Assembly: GCF_000940845.1 (NCBI RefSeq)
Contig: NZ_CP010341.1
Coordinates: 1,230,001-1,262,000, forward strand
Direction: 5' to 3'
DNA from: Propionibacterium freudenreichii subsp. freudenreichii
GTDB taxonomy: Bacteria; Actinomycetota; Actinomycetes; Propionibacteriales; Propionibacteriaceae
DNA: 32,000 nt
The position numbers were made by a program, and so were the translations under genes. A model generated the notes under the pieces. That model had not been told where the DNA came from, did not search any database, and worked only from the letters and a program-made list of their open reading frames with translations. Positions 17,000-25,540 of this stretch are shown one piece after another (positions within the stretch are counted from its first letter, which is position 1; every line of letters begins with the position of its first letter).

Positions 17000-18661
17000 T
17001 TGTGCGGTGCTGTTAGCGTCCCTGATGTGAACACGACCTCCGACATCGTCGCAGCCGGGTCCCCGGTCGCACTGCGCGGCTGGTCGAGGCTGCTGCGGGG
17101 TGACCATGCACCGGTGCGATTGCACTGGGCGCTTGCCAGCCTCCTGTCCCTGGTCGCCGGGGCGCTGCTCGCGCTGGGATTCCAACCCTTCGGGCTGTGG
17201 CCCACCACCGTCGTCGGCATCGCACTGCTCAGCTGGCTGTCCGACCAGGCCCGTGCCCGACGGGTGGCCTGGTGTGGGCTGTTGGCCGGGTTGGCCCTGT
17301 ATTCGATGACAGTGTCGTTCCAGGCAGTGGTGGCATGGTGGCTGCCGGTGCTCATGGTCCCGGTGCTTGCCTGCTGGGTCCTCCTCACCGCCCTGGGGCA
17401 GCACTATGTGCAGTTCCTGCGGGCGTGGCCACTGTGGTCCGCGAGCATCTGGACCCTCGTGGAGGCTCTCTCCGCCCGCTTCCCCTTCGGGGGCTTCGCC
17501 TGGGACCGGCTTGCGTTCACCCTGCCCGATCAGCCACTGGGTGGTTACCTGTGGCTGGTCGGTGCCGCCGGTGCGGGCTGGCTGCTCGCCCTGTCCGGAT
17601 GCCTGGTGGTCGTGGTGGTTCGCGCCGTGGTTGCTCGTGGGGGCCGCTGGCTGCCCCGTATGGCGGCGGGCATCGCCGCGATGGGGCTGCTCGCCGCCGG
17701 CGGGGCCGTCCTGTCTGCCGTCCCGGCGACCACTGGCGCGGGGCGCGGGGTGACGGTTGGTGTGGTCCAGGGCAATGTCGATGGCTCCGCCGGACCCCAC
17801 ACGATGGGCTATGCACGCTCGGTGACCGACAATCACCTGTCCGAGACGATCATGGCGATGGCTAGGGCCCGCACCGGGCTCGACGCGATGCCCGACTTCC
17901 TGGCGTGGCCGGAGAACTCCACGGACATGGATCCCAACCAGGATGAGGAGACCCACCAGCTCATCGCCGACGCGCAGGCGATCGCCGCACGCCCGATCCT
18001 GGTGGGGGCCGTCACCCTGGGGCCCGGCGATGATGGGCGCCAGACCGCTGGCCTGTGGTGGGACGCCAGCGGCGAGACCGCCCGTTACGCGAAGCGCAAT
18101 GCCGTGCCGTTCGGGGAGTTCACCCCTCTGAAGGACCTGGTCTTCGCGATCGCGCCGATGGCCCGGGAGGTTGGCCGCCAGACGATTCCGGGCACCGCGC
18201 CGGGCGTGATCACCGGGACGCTGCCCGACGGCAGCAGCGTGCGGGTGGGTGACATCATCTGCTACGAACTCGCCTTCGATTCCACCGTCTACGACACGGT
18301 GCGCCATGGTGCCGAGGTGGTCGTCGTGCAATCCAACAATGCGACCTACGCCGGCACGATGCAGCCACGCCAGCAGTTTGCGATCACCCGTGTGCGGGCC
18401 ATGGAAATGCGTCGCGAGGTGGTCGTCTCCACGACCAGCTCGCTGTCGGGCCTGATCGACGCGCGGGGCAGGGTGGTCGAGCACAGTCAGGAGGACACCG
18501 CCTGGGCGCGCACCTTCACCGTGCCGACTCGTCAGGGGGTGTCGGCGGGTGTGTCCACCGGGCCTGCGTTCGAGGCCATTGCCTGTGCCGTCGCGGCCGT
18601 GGCCGTCGTGGCCGGACTGGTCGCCCCACGTCGCGCCCGGCGTGGCGGATCGCTACACTGA
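17000..18661 (+). CDS. lnt: apolipoprotein N-acyltransferase
   Basis: Multi-TM N-terminal half, then a CN-hydrolase domain with VGVVQGNV, LAWPENS, K in AKRNAVPFGEF, and the catalytic Cys in ICYELAF. The start is uncertain (TTG 17000 or GTG 17027). Confidence 0.9.
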   Translation: MCGAVSVPDVNTTSDIVAAGSPVALRGWSRLLRGDHAPVRLHWALASLLSLVAGALLALGFQPFGLWPTTVVGIALLSWLSDQARARRVAWCGLLAGLALYSMTVSFQAVVAWWLPVLMVPVLACWVLLTALGQHYVQFLRAWPLWSASIWTLVEALSARFPFGGFAWDRLAFTLPDQPLGGYLWLVGAAGAGWLLALSGCLVVVVVRAVVARGGRWLPRMAAGIAAMGLLAAGGAVLSAVPATTGAGRGVTVGVVQGNVDGSAGPHTMGYARSVTDNHLSETIMAMARARTGLDAMPDFLAWPENSTDMDPNQDEETHQLIADAQAIAARPILVGAVTLGPGDDGRQTAGLWWDASGETARYAKRNAVPFGEFTPLKDLVFAIAPMAREVGRQTIPGTAPGVITGTLPDGSSVRVGDIICYELAFDSTVYDTVRHGAEVVVVQSNNATYAGTMQPRQQFAITRVRAMEMRREVVVSTTSSLSGLIDARGRVVEHSQEDTAWARTFTVPTRQGVSAGVSTGPAFEAIACAVAAVAVVAGLVAPRRARRGGSLH

Positions 18662-18747
18662 CGCGGGTGTCGGCGACCCCGCCCATGAGCTGGTCGGTGA
18701 GTCGCCAGGGGCACTTTCTCACTAGTCATCTGGGCGAATGGAGCGTC

Positions 18748-19554
18748 ATGGTCGACCACAGCGAGTCGCTCGACAAGGTTCTGGTTATCATCCCGACCTA
18801 CAACGAGGCGGAAAACATCGAGTCGATCGTCGAACGACTGAGGCAGGCAGTTCCCCAGGCCGATGCCCTCATTGCCGACGACAATTCCCCGGACGGAACC
18901 GGCGACATCGCCGATCGCCTGGCAGCCGACGATGATCACATCCACGTGCTGCACCGGGCCGGCAAGCAGGGCCTGGCCGCCGCCTACGTCGCAGGTTTCC
19001 GCTGGGGCCTGGAACGTGGCTATGACGTCCTGGTGGAGATGGATGCGGACGGTTCCCACCAGCCGCAATTCCTGCCGTCGATGCTGAACGCCCTGCGCGA
19101 TGCTGACATGGTCAAGGGTTCACGGTGGATGCCCGGCGGTGAAGTCGTCGACTACGACAAGAAGCGCGAGTGGCTCTCGCGGCTCGCCAACATCTGGGTG
19201 CAGGCCAGCATGAACATCCCCGTGCGCGACACCACCGGCGGTTTCAATGCCTTCCGGGCCTCCGCACTGCGAAAGATGAACCTGGACACCATCGCGTCGA
19301 AGGGATACACCTTCCAGATCGACCTCACCCGTCGCGTGCTTGACGACGGTGGGATCGTGCGGGAGGTGCCCATCAGCTTCCCCGACCGCGAGAAGGGGGA
19401 GTCCAAGATGAGTGGATCGATCATCGGCGAGGCATTGCTGCGCACCACGCAGTGGGGTGCCCAGCGTCGAGGTGCCCAGGTGGCCCAATTCGCCCGCGAA
19501 GCCGCCGACCGGGTGGAACCGCTGGTCGACCGGGTCAAGGACAAGCTCGACTGA
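18748..19554 (+). CDS. ppm1: polyprenol-phosphate mannosyltransferase (GT2)
   Basis: Contains VLVIIPTYNEAENI, DDNSPDGT, EMDADGSH and GGFNAFR. It lies directly downstream of lnt, as in other actinobacteria. Confidence 0.9.
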   Translation: MVDHSESLDKVLVIIPTYNEAENIESIVERLRQAVPQADALIADDNSPDGTGDIADRLAADDDHIHVLHRAGKQGLAAAYVAGFRWGLERGYDVLVEMDADGSHQPQFLPSMLNALRDADMVKGSRWMPGGEVVDYDKKREWLSRLANIWVQASMNIPVRDTTGGFNAFRASALRKMNLDTIASKGYTFQIDLTRRVLDDGGIVREVPISFPDREKGESKMSGSIIGEALLRTTQWGAQRRGAQVAQFAREAADRVEPLVDRVKDKLD

Positions 19555-19564
19555 CGAACAAGCC

Positions 19565-19608
19565 AAAAGGGTGGTGCCCCCGACCTTGGTCGGGGGCACC
19601 ACCCTTTT
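19565..19608. terminator. bidirectional rho-independent terminator between convergent ppm1 and rbpA
   Basis: Perfect hairpin AAAAGGGTGGTGCCCCCGAC-CTTG-GTCGGGGGCACCACCCTTTT, with an A-tract on one side and a T-tract on the other. Confidence 0.85.
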
Positions 19609-19649
19609 CACCGCCGTATTGCGGCGGTTCGTCATGTCTTCAGTGGGTC

Positions 19650-19988
19650 TCAGTAATGCGGGGACTTTCGGACGACCTCAAGCCTCTCGGCGAGCAGGTC
19701 CTCCAGCTCCGACACCGAACGACGCTCCAGGAGCATGTCCCAGTGCGTGCGGGGCGGCTTGACCTGCTTGTCCTCTGCCTTCGTGCCGTCGCTACGGGTG
19801 GCAACGGCACCGCACCGCGGGCATTCCCATTCGGTGGGTAGGTCCGCCTCCGTCGAGAAGGTGACCTCGAAATGATGTCCCTTGGGGCATGTGAAGCCCA
19901 GTACCTTGCGGGTGGCGAACTCCACACCCTCCTCGTCCTCGAAGCTCTTGGCCCCGAGACCCATGCCGCGTAACGCTCGATCCGCCAT
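19650..19988 (-). CDS. rbpA: RNA polymerase-binding protein RbpA
   Basis: MADRALRG.., a zinc-ribbon-like C..H...CPRCG, and the highly conserved KPPRTHWDMLLERRS..ELE.LL.ERL. SD AAAAGGAGA is upstream. Confidence 0.9.
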   Translation of the reverse strand: MADRALRGMGLGAKSFEDEEGVEFATRKVLGFTCPKGHHFEVTFSTEADLPTEWECPRCGAVATRSDGTKAEDKQVKPPRTHWDMLLERRSVSELEDLLAERLEVVRKSPHY

Positions 19989-20094
19989 GCTGTCTCCTTT
20001 TCTGCCGCCGAGTTTCCTGACCTGTCGCGATCATCCCATGACTGGCCGGGGCGATGGTCTTATACACAACAAATCCCGGCTCGGGGATGTTCCC

Positions 20095-20892
20095 TCACCA
20101 TAGTGCGCGCTCGCGGGCCACCCGGCGCAGCACATCGATGCGGTTCGACACGATGCCGTCCACTCCACTGTCCATGAGTTGCACCATCTCGTCGGACTGG
20201 TCGATCGTCCATACGTGGATCCTCATGGCCCGCGAAGCTGCCACGCGCGCCAGATTCCGGGTGAGCACCGGTATCCCCACCGCGCCGAACGCCTGGGACG
20301 TGGGGATCTGGAAGACCTGCGCACCCGAGTTGAGCACCCGGGGCAGCCAGGGCACATAGGCGCTCCACGCCACCGCGCCCACGGACACCGACGTCGCCAC
20401 CCGATCGCCCATCAGGGCCCGGAACCCGGCCAGTCGACGCGGGCTGAAGCTGGCGACGCACACCCGGTCCTCGGCCCGATGGGCCCGGATCGCCGCCGCA
20501 AGCGGGGCGATTGCTCCCGATTCCTTGATGTCGATGTTGATCCGGGTGTTGGGCAGGGCCTCGAACACCTCGTCCATCGTCGGAACGGGTTCCGATCCGC
20601 CGATCCGTGCCCGACGCACCACCCGCCAGGGCAGCCCGGCCACGGCTCCGTGCATATCAGTGACCCGATCCAGCCGGGTGTCGTGAAGGGCAACCAGCAC
20701 GCCATCCGCCGTGGCGTGCACGTCTGTTTCCACGTACCGGTATCCGAGGTCGTTCACCGCATGCTCGAAGGCGAGCAGGCTGTTCTCGAACCGGGCCGGG
20801 ACCAACGCATCCCAGCCTCCCCGATGGGCCATCGCCGCAAACGGGGCGTCAAAGAATTCGTAGTCATCGGCAGTACGGCGTCGGGACACCAC
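20095..20892 (-). CDS. glycerophosphodiester phosphodiesterase family protein
   Basis: Contains AHRGG, ENSLLAFEHAV, YVETDVHATADGVLVALHD, INIDIK and VHVWTI. GTG at 20892 was chosen because the longer track ORF (to 21144) overlaps the upstream PGPGW gene. Confidence 0.8.
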   Translation of the reverse strand: MVSRRRTADDYEFFDAPFAAMAHRGGWDALVPARFENSLLAFEHAVNDLGYRYVETDVHATADGVLVALHDTRLDRVTDMHGAVAGLPWRVVRRARIGGSEPVPTMDEVFEALPNTRINIDIKESGAIAPLAAAIRAHRAEDRVCVASFSPRRLAGFRALMGDRVATSVSVGAVAWSAYVPWLPRVLNSGAQVFQIPTSQAFGAVGIPVLTRNLARVAASRAMRIHVWTIDQSDEMVQLMDSGVDGIVSNRIDVLRRVARERALW

Positions 20893-20936
20893 ACCAGTAT
20901 GGCCGGATCGGCGGGCCCGGGTCGGGTGGATGCCCC

Positions 20937-21380
20937 TCAACCCCGCACGCCGGGCAGCATGGCCAACGCCGCGTGCAACCAGCCCGGAAGCCATCCGGGC
21001 GAGCCCACGATGATCAGTGCCACATAGCCGAGCAGCAACACTGCCGCCAGGAATCCGCAGACCAGGAGGGTCTTGCGACGCCGCGATTGGCGTCCGAAGG
21101 CCCGCAGCACGCCCATCGCCCGGATGGTGAGCGAATGCGCCCACCGGAACTCACTGGCCAGAATCGCCATCCCGGCCAGGAACAGGGGAATCCCACCGGG
21201 CCCGGGTAGCCATCCGGTGAGGCCAGCAGCGATGATGAAGGCAAATCCGATGATCGCCACCACGACGCGGTAGGCCAACAATGCCGGCGGGTTGGCCCTG
21301 ATGCGTGCGCGCCAGGCGAAGCGCTCCCGGCGCGGAATGTCGCGACGCGGCAGGGCCGGTGAGATGCCATGGGTCGCCAT
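20937..21380 (-). CDS. PGPGW-motif small transmembrane protein (TIGR02611-like)
   Basis: LTGWLPGPGGIPLFLAGMAILASEF carries the PGPGW-type motif, and four hydrophobic helices are present. The start is uncertain (ATG 21380, or ATG 21461 as in the track ORF). Confidence 0.65.
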   Translation of the reverse strand: MATHGISPALPRRDIPRRERFAWRARIRANPPALLAYRVVVAIIGFAFIIAAGLTGWLPGPGGIPLFLAGMAILASEFRWAHSLTIRAMGVLRAFGRQSRRRKTLLVCGFLAAVLLLGYVALIIVGSPGWLPGWLHAALAMLPGVRG

Positions 21381-21598
21381 CACGGATGCGCGCTGCCTCA
21401 GCCGCGTCAAGTGGGCACAACGCAGCGAGCGGTCGGTCGACGTGAGACTCACATATTCCATTCTGCAGGCTGGTCACGCAGAATCCACCCTTGAACCAGC
21501 AATGGGGGAATGTCGGGGGTCACCAGCGCCGCAGCGCCGGTGCGACCAGGCGGCACGACGAACCGGAGCGTCCGGCCGGTGAATGTCAGAATGCAGCC

Positions 21599-22303
21599 AT
21601 GACTCGAATCCTGTCGGTCCAGTCCGAAGTCTCCTACGGCTTCGTCGGGAACTCGGCCGTCGTCTTCGCACTACGACGGATCGGCGTCGATGTGTGGCCG
21701 GTCAACACCGTGCAGTTCAGCAACCACACCGGATATCCCAGCTGGCGTGGGCCGCGGCTGACACCGATCGATGAAGCCGAGATCGTTCGCGGCCTCGACG
21801 AGTTGGGGATCCTGGGGCAACTCGATGGCGTCCTCACCGGGTACCTGTCGGGTCCATCGATGGGCCGGCAGATCATGGCGGCCGTGCAGTTGGTGAAGCG
21901 ACGGCGACCAACCGCACTCTATTGCTGTGATCCGGTGCTGGGGGACGACGAGACCGGCTTCTATGCGGCGCCCGGGACACTTGAGCTGTTCCGCGAACAG
22001 GCGCTGCCGCTGGCACAGGTCATCACGCCGAACCGCTTCGAGCTGGCCGCATTGACCAACCTGCCGACGAGCAGCCTCGAGGAGATCCTGATCGCCGCCG
22101 ACACCCTGCTCGACGCGGGGCCCTCCACTGTCGTGGTGACCTCGGTGCCCTCATTGCGCCCATCGCAGGGCGCCGGCCACGACGACCGGATCGCGATGGT
22201 GGCCGTGCAGCGCGACGGCGCCTGGCAGGTCTCCACGCCCCGCCTGCCGGGATGCATCCAGATCAGTCGTAGAAGGTCTCGATGTCGGCGCCCAGGGCGT
22301 TGA
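21599..22303 (+). pseudogene. pdxY: pyridoxal kinase (PdxY/PdxK family), apparently truncated at the 3' end
   Basis: MTRILSVQSEVSYGFVGNSAVVFALRRIGVDVWPVNTVQFSNHTGY is collinear with E. coli PdxY. Similarity stops near codon 218 (..AWQVSTPRLP, about nt 22252), after which the frame reads an Arg-rich tail antisense to the next gene. The C-terminal GxGD/ATP-binding region is absent. Confidence 0.6.
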
Positions 22304-23798
22304 GCCTGGCCGGCAGGTCCTCGTATCCGCGATTGATCACGTAGACGTCGTGCAGCACGCTGGTTCCGGTGGCGGCCAGCATGGCCAGCATGATGGTGAC
22401 CGCAGGGCGCAGCGCCGGGGGGGAGACCATCTCGCGTCCGCGCCAGCGGGTCGGGCCCTGCACGATGAGGCGGTGCGGGTCGAGCAACTGCACGTGGGCC
22501 CCGAGCTGGTTGAGCTGGAGCAGGTGGATCGCCCGGTTCTCGAACACCCAGTCATGGATCATGGTCTGGCCGTGGGCCGTGGCGGCCAGCACGGCGAAGA
22601 AGGGAAGGTTGTCGATGTTGAGGCCGGGGAAGGGCATCGGGTGGATCTTGTCCGGCGGGGCCTTCAACTCGCTGGGATAGATCGTCAGGTCGACCAGGCG
22701 GGTGAGTCCATTGCCCGACTTGTACTCGCTGCTCAGCCCGTAGTGCAGGCCCATCTCCTCGCCGAGGATCGACAGTTCGATCTCGGTGAACTCGATCGGC
22801 ACGCGGGTGATGGTGAGTTCCGACTTGGTCACCACGGCGGCGGTGATCAGGCTCATGGCCTCGATCGGGTCCTCACTGATCTCATAGGACACGTCCATGC
22901 TGGGCGCCTCCGACAGGCCCCGGACGGTGAGGGTGGTGGTACCCACGCCATCGATCTCCACCCCGAGCAGCATCAGGAAGGCGCACAGGTCCTGCACCAT
23001 GTAGTTGGAGCTGGCATTGCGGATGACACTCACGCCCGGCGAGACCGCCGCCGCCATCAGGGTGTTCTCCGTCACCGTGTCACCACGCTCGGTGAGCACG
23101 ATGTGCCGGGTGTCCGGCCCGGTGCGGGTGACGCTGGCGCGGTAGAAGCCCTCGGTGGCCAGCACGTTGACCCCGAAGTGGCGCAGTGACTGCATGTGCG
23201 GTTCCACGGTGCGCACGCCCAGGTCGCAGCCGCCTGCGTAAGGAAGGCGGAACTCTGAGAAGAACCGACTGAGTGGGCCCATGAACATCAGGATCGAACG
23301 CGTCCGGCGCGCTGCTGCGACGTCCATGTTCTCCAGGTCAAGGGTCTCCGGGCGCTGCAGGGTGAGGTCCTTGCCGTCAGGCGACCAACTGGCGTCCACT
23401 CCGATGCTCGTGAGCACCTCCAGCAGGCGGTTGACCTCCTCGATGTGCGCTATTCCCTTCAGCACCGTGCGCCCCTGGTTGAGCAGGCAGGCACACAGCA
23501 GGGCCACTGCGGCGTTCTTGCTCGACCGGGTCTCGATGGACCCTGACAGGTGGGTCTCGCCACCGATCCGGAAGTTGAGGGTGCTGGAGTTCCCCGGCAC
23601 GATGAGGGGAGACTCGAGCGCCCCGGCGATCCGGTTGATCGTCTCGAGGGAGAGGTTCTGGTGCCCGGACTCGATCCTGTGGATCGCGCTCTGGCTGGTG
23701 CTGAGTTCTTCAGCGAGCTGATTCTGCGTCATGCCGCGCTGCTTGCGCGCGTCGCGGATGAGCCGGCCGATCCTGGCGGGCGTAGTTTCCTGAGTCAC
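22263..23798 (-). CDS. fusion protein: N-terminal XRE (Cro/C1) HTH domain plus a MurA-like UDP-GlcNAc 1-carboxyvinyltransferase (enolpyruvyl transferase) domain
   Basis: Residues about 8-63, IGRLIRDARKQRGMTQNQLAEELSTSQSAIHRIESGHQNLSLETINRIAGAL, form an HTH_3-type domain. The remainder is collinear with MurA: SSKNAAVALL, LPYAGGCDLGVRTVEPH (Cys/Arg loop), ENRAIH, ALRPA, INRGYEDL. GTG start at 23798. Confidence 0.85.
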   Translation of the reverse strand: MTQETTPARIGRLIRDARKQRGMTQNQLAEELSTSQSAIHRIESGHQNLSLETINRIAGALESPLIVPGNSSTLNFRIGGETHLSGSIETRSSKNAAVALLCACLLNQGRTVLKGIAHIEEVNRLLEVLTSIGVDASWSPDGKDLTLQRPETLDLENMDVAAARRTRSILMFMGPLSRFFSEFRLPYAGGCDLGVRTVEPHMQSLRHFGVNVLATEGFYRASVTRTGPDTRHIVLTERGDTVTENTLMAAAVSPGVSVIRNASSNYMVQDLCAFLMLLGVEIDGVGTTTLTVRGLSEAPSMDVSYEISEDPIEAMSLITAAVVTKSELTITRVPIEFTEIELSILGEEMGLHYGLSSEYKSGNGLTRLVDLTIYPSELKAPPDKIHPMPFPGLNIDNLPFFAVLAATAHGQTMIHDWVFENRAIHLLQLNQLGAHVQLLDPHRLIVQGPTRWRGREMVSPPALRPAVTIMLAMLAATGTSVLHDVYVINRGYEDLPARLNALGADIETFYD

Positions 23799-23805
23799 GA
23801 AGAGG

Positions 23806-23811
23806 ATTCTA
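23806..23811 (-). promoter_or_regulatory. candidate -10 element TAGAAT (minus strand), 7 nt upstream of the GTG start of the HTH::MurA gene (leaderless layout)
   Basis: The minus strand reads TAGAAT-CCTCTTC-GTG. There is no SD, and the hexamer sits in a local AT-rich patch. Confidence 0.4.
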
Positions 23812-23931
23812 ACTCAGATGTGAGATAAACAGCCGATGGGGGCTCGTGTTTCCAGGTGTGTCGCGCGTGGGGCTGCTCCCGCCCACAGCGAAACGTCGAA
23901 TCCGTCCGGTCCCACGCCGCGCGCCATCCTC

Positions 23932-23937
23932 TACAGT
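23932..23937 (+). promoter_or_regulatory. candidate -10 element TACAGT, 7 nt upstream of the lpd ATG (leaderless layout)
   Basis: TACAGT-GACGAAC-ATG with no SD between them. Confidence 0.4.
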
Positions 23938-23944
23938 GACGAAC

Positions 23945-25345
23945 ATGAGCGCTCATTACGATGTCGTTGTACTCGGTGCAGGGCCCGGCGGCTACGTCGC
24001 CGCAATCCGGGCCGCCCAGCTTGGGCTGAAGACCGCAATCATTGAGAAGAAGTGGTGGGGTGGCGTCTGTCTGAACGTCGGCTGTATCCCCACCAAGGCA
24101 CTGCTGCGCAACGCTGAGCTGGCGCACCTGGTGCAGAAGGAGGCCGACACCTTCGGCATCAGCGGACAGGTCAGCTTCGACTACGGCAAGGCCTTCACCC
24201 GCAGCCGCCAGGTCAGTGAGCGAATGGTCAAGGGCGTCCATTACCTCATGAAGAAGAACAAGATCACCGAGTACAACGGGTGGGCCACGTTCAGCGACGC
24301 ACGCACCCTGCAGCTTGCGGGCAACGACGGGACCACCGACACCATCACCTTCGACAACGTGATCCTCGACACCGGTGCCACCGTGAAGATGCTGCCGGGC
24401 ACCTCGAAGTCGGCCAATGTGCTCAGCTACGAGGAGCTGATCATGTCCGATTCGCTTCCCGAGTCCATCATCATCGGCGGTTCGGGCGCTATCGGCACCG
24501 AGTTCGCCTATGTGCTCAACAGCTACGGCGTCGATGTCACCATCGTCGAGTTCCTCGACCGCATGGTGCCCAACGAGGACGCCGACATCTCCAAGGAGCT
24601 GACCCGCCAGTACAAGAAGCTCGGCATCAAGGTGCTCACCAGCACGGCCGTGCAGTCGGTGGTCGACACCGGCAGTGGCGTGGACGTCACGATTGCCCCG
24701 GCCGCAGGCGGGGAGGCACAGGTGCTGCATGCCGACAAGATGCTGCAGGCGATGGGCTTCGCACCGCGTACCGAGGGCTATGGGCTCGAGAACACCGGCG
24801 TGGCGCTGACCGACCGTGGCGCTGTCGCCATCGACGACTTCTGCCGCACCAATGTGCCCGGCGTGTACGCCATCGGAGACGTCACCGCCAAGATGATGCT
24901 GGCCCATACGGCCGAGGCACAGGGCGTGGTCGCGGCCGAGACGATCGCCGGCGCCGAGACGATGGCCGTGGACTACCGCATGATTCCGCGCGCCACCTAC
25001 TGCCAGCCCCAGATCGCCAGCTTCGGACTCACCGAACAGCAGGCCAGGGACGAGGGCTACGACGTCAAGGTCGCCAAGTTCCCGTTCTCCGCCAACGGCA
25101 AGGCGGTCGGCATGGGCGCCCCCGATGGGTTCGTGAAGATCGTGGCCGACGGCCGCTACAACGAGATCCTGGGCGCGCACATGATCGGCGAGGGCGTCAC
25201 CGAGCTGCTGCCCGAGCTGACCCTGGCGCAGAAGTTCGATCTGACCACCGAGGAGATCTCCCGCAACATCCACTCGCACCCGACGCTGGGTGAGGCCGTC
25301 AAGGAGGCCGCCGAGGGCATTGAGGGGCATATGACGAATCTGTGA
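23945..25345 (+). CDS. lpd: dihydrolipoyl dehydrogenase (E3)
   Basis: Contains [23 protein letters not shown], the redox disulfide [16 protein letters not shown] and the C-terminal HSHPTLGE. Confidence 0.95.
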   Translation: MSAHYDVVVLGAGPGGYVAAIRAAQLGLKTAIIEKKWWGGVCLNVGCIPTKALLRNAELAHLVQKEADTFGISGQVSFDYGKAFTRSRQVSERMVKGVHYLMKKNKITEYNGWATFSDARTLQLAGNDGTTDTITFDNVILDTGATVKMLPGTSKSANVLSYEELIMSDSLPESIIIGGSGAIGTEFAYVLNSYGVDVTIVEFLDRMVPNEDADISKELTRQYKKLGIKVLTSTAVQSVVDTGSGVDVTIAPAAGGEAQVLHADKMLQAMGFAPRTEGYGLENTGVALTDRGAVAIDDFCRTNVPGVYAIGDVTAKMMLAHTAEAQGVVAAETIAGAETMAVDYRMIPRATYCQPQIASFGLTEQQARDEGYDVKVAKFPFSANGKAVGMGAPDGFVKIVADGRYNEILGAHMIGEGVTELLPELTLAQKFDLTTEEISRNIHSHPTLGEAVKEAAEGIEGHMTNL

Positions 25346-25374
25346 TCACTGAGTAGTGTTCACAGAAGAATCCT

Positions 25375-25434
25375 GGGGCCACAGGGGTACGTCTCACAGT
25401 TTGAATCACTGGGAGCGTTTGCCCTTGTGGCCCT
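25375..25434 (+). terminator. long stem-loop after lpd (probable terminator; possibly regulatory for the liv operon)
   Basis: A 12-bp outer stem GGGCCACAGGGG (25376-25387) / CCCTTGTGGCCC (25422-25433) with one G-U pair. The inner extension ACGTCTC/GGGAGCGT leaves a loop of about 15 nt. It is followed by TAGATTT. Confidence 0.45.
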
Positions 25435-25540
25435 AGATTTCGCACGGACACCATGAGGGGTGCCGGGCTTGTTCAATCTGTTTCCCCAGCGGGGGAGCAC
25501 AGCCGTCCAGCGGTGCTGGAGCTGTCACGGGGGTGGCGCA

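Noticed and set aside
20095-21144. The 349-aa version of the glycerophosphodiesterase ORF.
   Set aside because: Its N-terminal 84 codons overlap the end of the PGPGW membrane-protein gene in another frame and look non-protein-like. The GDPD domain starts just after the GTG at 20892.
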